From positions 695 through 64,694 of the forward strand of contig JAZRLM010000004.1 in NCBI GenBank assembly GCA_045646865.1: DNA of 64,000 bases, given 5' to 3'. Source of the DNA: Clostridia bacterium. Lineage in GTDB: Bacteria; Bacillota; Clostridia; Monoglobales; Monoglobaceae. This document shows positions 59,256-64,000 of this stretch, piece by piece. Numbering within the stretch: the first letter of the stretch is position 1; each line of letters starts with the position of its first letter. The notes beneath the pieces are model-generated. The model worked only from the letters and a program-made list of their open reading frames with translations. It did not search any database and was not told the DNA's origin. A program made the position numbers and the translations under genes.

Positions 59256-59690
59256 ATGAGCGAATTTCAGTATGACGATATTCTGAATTATCAATATCCC
59301 AATCCCGAAATTGAGAAAGATTTTCCCGACAAAATACTTCGTGCCGCACAATTTGCACCATTTGCAGCGCTTACGGGACACGATGAAGCCGTAAAAGAAA
59401 CTGCACGATTAACCGACAAAAAGATAGAACTTGACGAATATGCAAAAGACGAGCTTAATAGAAAGCTAAACTATATCACAGAGCATATTGATGACGAGCA
59501 GACTTTTTCTATAACCTACTTCGTGCCGGATAAGAAAAAGGATGGTGGACGGTATGACACCACAACTGACACCGTAATTAAAGTTAAGGAACATGAAAAC
59601 ACAGTTGTAATGAGCGATAAAACAGAAATACCGATAACCGATATTCTGATGATTGAAAGTGATGTTTTCTCTATGATAGAAACTGAATAG
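59256..59690 (+). CDS. YolD-like accessory protein (putative UmuD analogue)
   Basis: 144 aa, 12 nt after the polymerase stop. RAAQFAPFAALTGHDEA motif and a beta-rich C-terminus, as in the small partners of Firmicute Y-polymerases. Recalled from memory, not searched. Confidence 0.5.
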   Translation: MSEFQYDDILNYQYPNPEIEKDFPDKILRAAQFAPFAALTGHDEAVKETARLTDKKIELDEYAKDELNRKLNYITEHIDDEQTFSITYFVPDKKKDGGRYDTTTDTVIKVKEHENTVVMSDKTEIPITDILMIESDVFSMIETE

Positions 59691-59806
59691 GAAAATAAAG
59701 TGAAAATTGTCGTACAAAAACGCAATTTGCGCTTTATTTACGCAATTCGAAATATGTCGATAAAAAACCATAGTGCAAAATAATGAAAACTTTTTTACCA
59801 TATATG

Positions 59807-59835
59807 TTGAAAAAAGGATAGATTTATGTTATGAT
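59807..59835 (+). promoter_or_regulatory. Sigma-A promoter upstream of the secreted-protein/RHS operon
   Basis: TTGAAA, a 17-nt spacer, then TATGAT with TG extended -10. Confidence 0.5.
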
Positions 59836-59902
59836 AAAATAAAGTTTTAGAAAAGGTGGTAGTAAGTATAAGAACTGTTACAGATGAATAGGAGGTATCT
59901 TT

Positions 59903-59959
59903 ATGAAGGAACCAGATAATTTTAGGCAAGCGAAGTTTACTGCAGTTAATTTGCATTAG
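59903..59959 (+). CDS. Candidate 18-aa leader or signalling peptide ORF
   Basis: Not in the ORF track. ATG sits 7 nt after AGGAGG. Sequence MKEPDNFRQAKFTAVNLH, then TAG. Confidence 0.3.
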   Translation: MKEPDNFRQAKFTAVNLH

Positions 59960-60012
59960 TTATTCGCTGGCCGTTTTTATTTTACTAAACAACTTACAGG
60001 AGATTACAAAAG

Positions 60013-61122
60013 ATGAAGATAATGAAAAGATTTATAGTAGCAGTTCTTGTTTTATCAATGTTATTAGTTTCTGTAAATGCAGAGGAATTGCTTAATTTAT
60101 ATTTTGATGCATCACTTGATTTAAAAACAGGCGAAACAACACTTACGCCAAAGGAATTAGATACAGAAACTGACTCTTCTGATTTATGGGTGGAAGTAAC
60201 CAAAATAGCACCGGACGGAACGGCAAGTCATTTTTATTCAGGGCTGTTTGGCGAATATGATAATGGCAGATGGGTAAATATTGATTTTTCAGATAAAAAA
60301 CCGTTAATGTTATGTGACTGGCAAACCCAAAATTGTTATTGGGTTGTACCTGCGGAAGAGCCTGAGGAAGACAATAGCACCGAAAATCAAAATGCTGGTG
60401 ACTTGAACTCAACAAGAACTGAAAATGCGGAACAAGCATTAACAATAAGCACTACACAGCTTATTGAATATGATGTAGCTTATAGCATTGTTTCTAATGA
60501 TAGTTTAAGTATGGATATTGAATATAATGTATATAACGGCAACTCGGAAAACGATAGTGTATTGCTTATCGCGGCGTTATATGAAAACGGCAGATTAAAT
60601 GATATTAAGACACAAAGTTTGAGTGTTAATGCGTTAGAAAGTAATACGGATAACATTGTTCTTCATATTCCCAATAACCATGAAGATTATAGTGTGAAAT
60701 TAATGGTTTGGGAAGACTTCGGTAGTTTAAGACCAATTGGGGCAGAAAAGAAAGTAACCGATTTAGATGACTATACCCGTGAAAAGTATATGTATATCAC
60801 GGCAAACGCAAATGCTGGCTTTAATGTATATATGAACGCCGCAACAGTTAAAGGTGCAAATGCTTATGCTATTCATACACTAAAATATGATTCAACAAAA
60901 ATCACTCCTGTTGATTTGTGTGGTTTCACATATAATAAAGAACTTACATCAGGAGAAATTACAAATACAAATATCACAGTTCAAAATGCTGATTTATCAG
61001 CCGGAAAGATAGAATACAAATTTAATCTTGAATCTGGAAGAAATACAGGCATAACAAATTTAGTAAAATTTAAAGCACTTTCAGATTTAACCGATGAAGT
61101 AATTATTTATACAATTCAATAG
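60013..61122 (+). CDS. Secreted protein, unknown function, with a possible cohesin-like C-terminal beta-sandwich
   Basis: Signal peptide MKIMKRFIVAVLVLSMLLVSVNA. The C-terminal ~110 aa (AYAIHTLKYDSTKITPVD..GKIEYKFN..ITNLVKFKAL) resemble the cohesin pattern. This domain call is weak. Confidence 0.7.
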   Translation: MKIMKRFIVAVLVLSMLLVSVNAEELLNLYFDASLDLKTGETTLTPKELDTETDSSDLWVEVTKIAPDGTASHFYSGLFGEYDNGRWVNIDFSDKKPLMLCDWQTQNCYWVVPAEEPEEDNSTENQNAGDLNSTRTENAEQALTISTTQLIEYDVAYSIVSNDSLSMDIEYNVYNGNSENDSVLLIAALYENGRLNDIKTQSLSVNALESNTDNIVLHIPNNHEDYSVKLMVWEDFGSLRPIGAEKKVTDLDDYTREKYMYITANANAGFNVYMNAATVKGANAYAIHTLKYDSTKITPVDLCGFTYNKELTSGEITNTNITVQNADLSAGKIEYKFNLESGRNTGITNLVKFKALSDLTDEVIIYTIQ

Positions 61123-61137
61123 GAGGAATAGTTTATT

Positions 61138-62004
61138 ATGAAAAAAAGAATAGCAATTTTATTATCACTACTGTTAGTTGTGGCAACAACTGTAACAGTG
61201 TTTGCCATATCTGCAGATGACAGAAATGGACAGATATTGATAAAAAGAGGATATACCGAGCAAGACTTTGCAGAAATAGATGCTATAACAGCTTTGTCAG
61301 AGGAAAGTGTACCTGACTTTGTTATACAAAAATATGAAGAGCTTGGAGATTGGAAAAAAGTAAGAGAAGTATATGGCATTAATGAAACTGATTATGAGAA
61401 TCATATGAAAGCTCAGGCTGAATGGCAGGCAATCCTTGATAAGATTCCGGATGAGTTTATGACGGCTATGCAGGAAACAATGACGCGACAGGAAATAAAC
61501 TACTTCATTAATCGAATGAATATAATGGATATTGACTTCGACTATGCTTGGGAGCAATATCAATCAGGGAAAACAACAGAAGAGATAATTGCAGAGAAAA
61601 AAGAACAGAACGATAAAATATCTGAATTGGATACCGCATACGTTATGACTGATATGTCTGAAACCGAATATTTGAAGGCATATTCAGAAATTAAAGGCGG
61701 CGATGATGTAACAATTGGTCAAGTACTTATGCAGGTAAAACAGTTAAGAACCGATGTTAGAAACAGGCACAGAAAACAAAGCGGTATTACCGATGAAGAA
61801 ATTGCTTACTGTGAAGATCAGGGTATGACAAATCCAATGGATATGTTTCAAGCAAAATATATTGCTAAAGGCAATAATGTACCGCTTGATAAAGTTGTTG
61901 CATCAAAATTAAAGAATGATGATTGGGTATCGGCTACTGCAGAGTTGCTAAACGTTCCGGTGGAGGAATATAGAAAACAAGTCGAAGAAGCAAAAGCACA
62001 GTAG
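61138..62004 (+). CDS. Secreted helical protein, unknown function
   Basis: Signal peptide MKKRIAILLSLLLVVATTVTVFA, then an acidic, helix-rich sequence with no motif I recognise. Confidence 0.7.
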   Translation: MKKRIAILLSLLLVVATTVTVFAISADDRNGQILIKRGYTEQDFAEIDAITALSEESVPDFVIQKYEELGDWKKVREVYGINETDYENHMKAQAEWQAILDKIPDEFMTAMQETMTRQEINYFINRMNIMDIDFDYAWEQYQSGKTTEEIIAEKKEQNDKISELDTAYVMTDMSETEYLKAYSEIKGGDDVTIGQVLMQVKQLRTDVRNRHRKQSGITDEEIAYCEDQGMTNPMDMFQAKYIAKGNNVPLDKVVASKLKNDDWVSATAELLNVPVEEYRKQVEEAKAQ

Positions 62005-62022
62005 ATTGCGAGGTGAACCGTA

Positions 62023-64000
62023 ATGAAGAAAACTTTGTACCCTATTATATTATCTGTGCTCTTTACGGTTGCGTTATCTGTTAATGTATTCGCAATGACG
62101 GCTGCGGAACGAGATTTATATAATCATCAATACTATCCTCAGTCCGTAAATAATGGAGGAATTAATCAGGCTCCACAGGAAAGTAAACATGATTTTTATG
62201 TAAATCCTGCCACGGGAAATGCAACTGTTAGAGTTACAGATTTTGTTTTACCAGGAAAGAATGGCTTTGATTTGGAAGTGTCCAGAGTTTACAATTCTTT
62301 TTCTTCAAATCTGTATGAGCCATATGTTGAAGAAATATCAAATTATACAGAAACACCTTTTTATATTGTTGTTTGCAAGAAAGATTATGAAAAAGTAAAT
62401 ATAAGTAATACATTGGTGGATAGTGGTTATGGAGTTTCAATATGCGTTAACGCTAATTACTATGACTACAATACAGATAATAAGAAATATTCGAATATGT
62501 CTAAGTTTGAATTTGAAGAGGATTCATACACAGAAGAGGATGTATTTGCTAGTTATAGTGAGGCACTTGCGTTAGCCAATAGCTTAAATAATAAAAATCC
62601 AGATATTAATGCATCATATCCAGTGTCAAATGTCGGAAGTTATTGGGCAAATTATAAAAATTGTTTTGTTAGAACAGTTTATATTGATGTATATACACCG
62701 GACTACGAAACAGGACTTTTGCCCGACACGTCTAATGAAAGATATGGCGGTATCGGTGCAGGATGGGAATTTGATTTTCCATATATTGAAAAGCGCTATG
62801 GCGACGATTGGTTTGAATATTTGCATTTTGGTGATAAAGGCGTATGGGAAATAGATACATCATCTGATGGCGGAACAAATGGTCTTCTTGGATATACCTT
62901 AAATGATATTATCTTAGATATTGACCGTTCTGTAACTCACGATGGATACGATTCTGAATATTGCGTGACAGAAAAAGATGGAACAAAATCTTATTTTGCA
63001 GACGATGGAAGACTCCTTCTGCAAAAAGATAGATATGGAAACGAGATAAAGTATTATTGTGATTGGGAGTATTATTGGGATACAGAAGGAAAACGACGTA
63101 AATATCCCTATTTAACAGGGATCACAGACTCAGTTGGCAGAACAGTAACTTTTTCTTACGGAAATGATTATACCAGTTCTGGAATTACATATAAGAAAAT
63201 CACACTTACTGTGACTGATCCAACCAATTCATCCAATTCTTTAGAGTATGTGTATCGCCTAAAACAATTGAACAACAAAAGTCTGGATGGGGATTTAGAG
63301 GAATATGTATTGGATAGAGTGTACCGGCCCGATGGAGAATCGTCATACTATAGCTATTGGAACCTTGAAGCACCTGTAAATTTCTTTGACAGAAATGGTA
63401 CCTTTGAAAACGAATATTCAGATTATAAAAATTCAAATACTGGTAATAGTTATATCACTAGTGATGATGTTACAGAAATATCCGGCGTAAGCAACTATTA
63501 TGCATTGCTATCTACAGCTCATGAACCTGATGGAAGAGAATGCAGATTCTATTATTCAAGGTTTTTGAAAAACTGTACTCCTACCGGCTCCATGCTTTTC
63601 TTCAAAGCGTATTATATGTGTGATGATGTGCGTTTTGATGAGAACGACATGCAGTATGAGGTGAACGAACATAACTATCAGTATTTCATTAACAATGATT
63701 ATGAATATGACGGATATCCGGGTTATAAAAGAACTGAAAGAATTCCGTCAAGTTTTAGAATTGTTTCAAAAGATATCGTTGGGGATAAAAGCGGCTCGGC
63801 AGATAAACTTGTTACAAACACTTATACATACCGATATACAGGAATAGAAGATACACAAACAATTCTTCTCGATAACAGTGTATCAAGCAGTGTGGATTTT
63901 AAAACAACGGTAAATTATACCTATAACGAGGATACGAGTCTTGTCACAAACAGCTTGACTAAAAACTATGACTCTGCATCTTCGACTGAGTATATGCAGT
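62023..64000 (+). CDS. RHS/YD-repeat family protein with Sec signal peptide, C-terminus beyond the window
   Basis: Absent from the ORF track because it has no stop. I translated it by hand: ATG at 62023 after GAGGTG, with no stop through 64000. VNPATGNATVRVTDFVLPGKNGFDLEVSRVYNS, GIGAGWEFDF, and YD-like units (DDGRLLLQKDRYGNEIKYY, DSVGRTVTFSY). Confidence 0.75.
   Translation, partial: MKKTLYPIILSVLFTVALSVNVFAMTAAERDLYNHQYYPQSVNNGGINQAPQESKHDFYVNPATGNATVRVTDFVLPGKNGFDLEVSRVYNSFSSNLYEPYVEEISNYTETPFYIVVCKKDYEKVNISNTLVDSGYGVSICVNANYYDYNTDNKKYSNMSKFEFEEDSYTEEDVFASYSEALALANSLNNKNPDINASYPVSNVGSYWANYKNCFVRTVYIDVYTPDYETGLLPDTSNERYGGIGAGWEFDFPYIEKRYGDDWFEYLHFGDKGVWEIDTSSDGGTNGLLGYTLNDIILDIDRSVTHDGYDSEYCVTEKDGTKSYFADDGRLLLQKDRYGNEIKYYCDWEYYWDTEGKRRKYPYLTGITDSVGRTVTFSYGNDYTSSGITYKKITLTVTDPTNSSNSLEYVYRLKQLNNKSLDGDLEEYVLDRVYRPDGESSYYSYWNLEAPVNFFDRNGTFENEYSDYKNSNTGNSYITSDDVTEISGVSNYYALLSTAHEPDGRECRFYYSRFLKNCTPTGSMLFFKAYYMCDDVRFDENDMQYEVNEHNYQYFINNDYEYDGYPGYKRTERIPSSFRIVSKDIVGDKSGSADKLVTNTYTYRYTGIEDTQTILLDNSVSSSVDFKTTVNYTYNEDTSLVTNSLTKNYDSASSTEYMQ

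Noticed and set aside
1-64000. CRISPR arrays, rRNA and tRNA genes
   Set aside because: No regularly spaced direct repeats with unique spacers were seen. No tRNA T-loop or acceptor patterns or rRNA-like segments appear in any intergenic region.

Overview
This is a 64 kb chromosomal segment of a low-GC, endospore-forming Firmicute (class Clostridia). The taxon is inferred from gene content only: pro-sigma-K, spoIIM, a YaaH/SleL-type cortex hydrolase, PFOR, NfnAB and Rex. Positions 1-54,000 are densely packed core genes in familiar conserved clusters: acn-icd-rex-ogg, ruvX-DUF1292-topB, nfnAB, nifJ, rpsB-tsf, a fucose module, rplS-lepB-rbgA-rnhB-yraN, aspC-proC-spoIIM-xerD, sigK, mutS2-recJ-relA-MBL-hemZ-like, dapA-lysA, and der-plsY-gpsA. 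Three riboswitches can be read directly: a singlet glycine riboswitch before an AGCS symporter, an FMN riboswitch before ribU, and a lysine riboswitch before dapA-lysA. Many consensus sigma-A promoters and hairpin terminators are also visible. I found no rRNA, tRNA or CRISPR array. From about 54,044 to the window end the sequence becomes clearly more AT-rich and looks accessory. This part holds three overlapping tandem tyrosine-recombinase genes (recombinase-in-trio architecture), then a divergent Y-family polymerase with a YolD-like partner, then an operon of a tiny ORF, two signal-peptide proteins and a Sec-signal RHS/YD-repeat protein. The RHS ORF is open to the window edge and is missing from the supplied ORF track. 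This island is my best candidate for a new system. Other non-coding oddities are: a 525-bp convergent gap between xerD and sigK with a 3-way-junction element and eight GCGATAT/ATATCGC heptamers in 4+4 mirror order; a 64-bp duplicate of the tsf 3' end flanking a run of A4-stem-T4 hairpins; a DnaA-box cluster far from any dnaA gene; and a very AT-rich XRE+GGDEF islet. All function calls rest on my reading of motifs. No database search was run.
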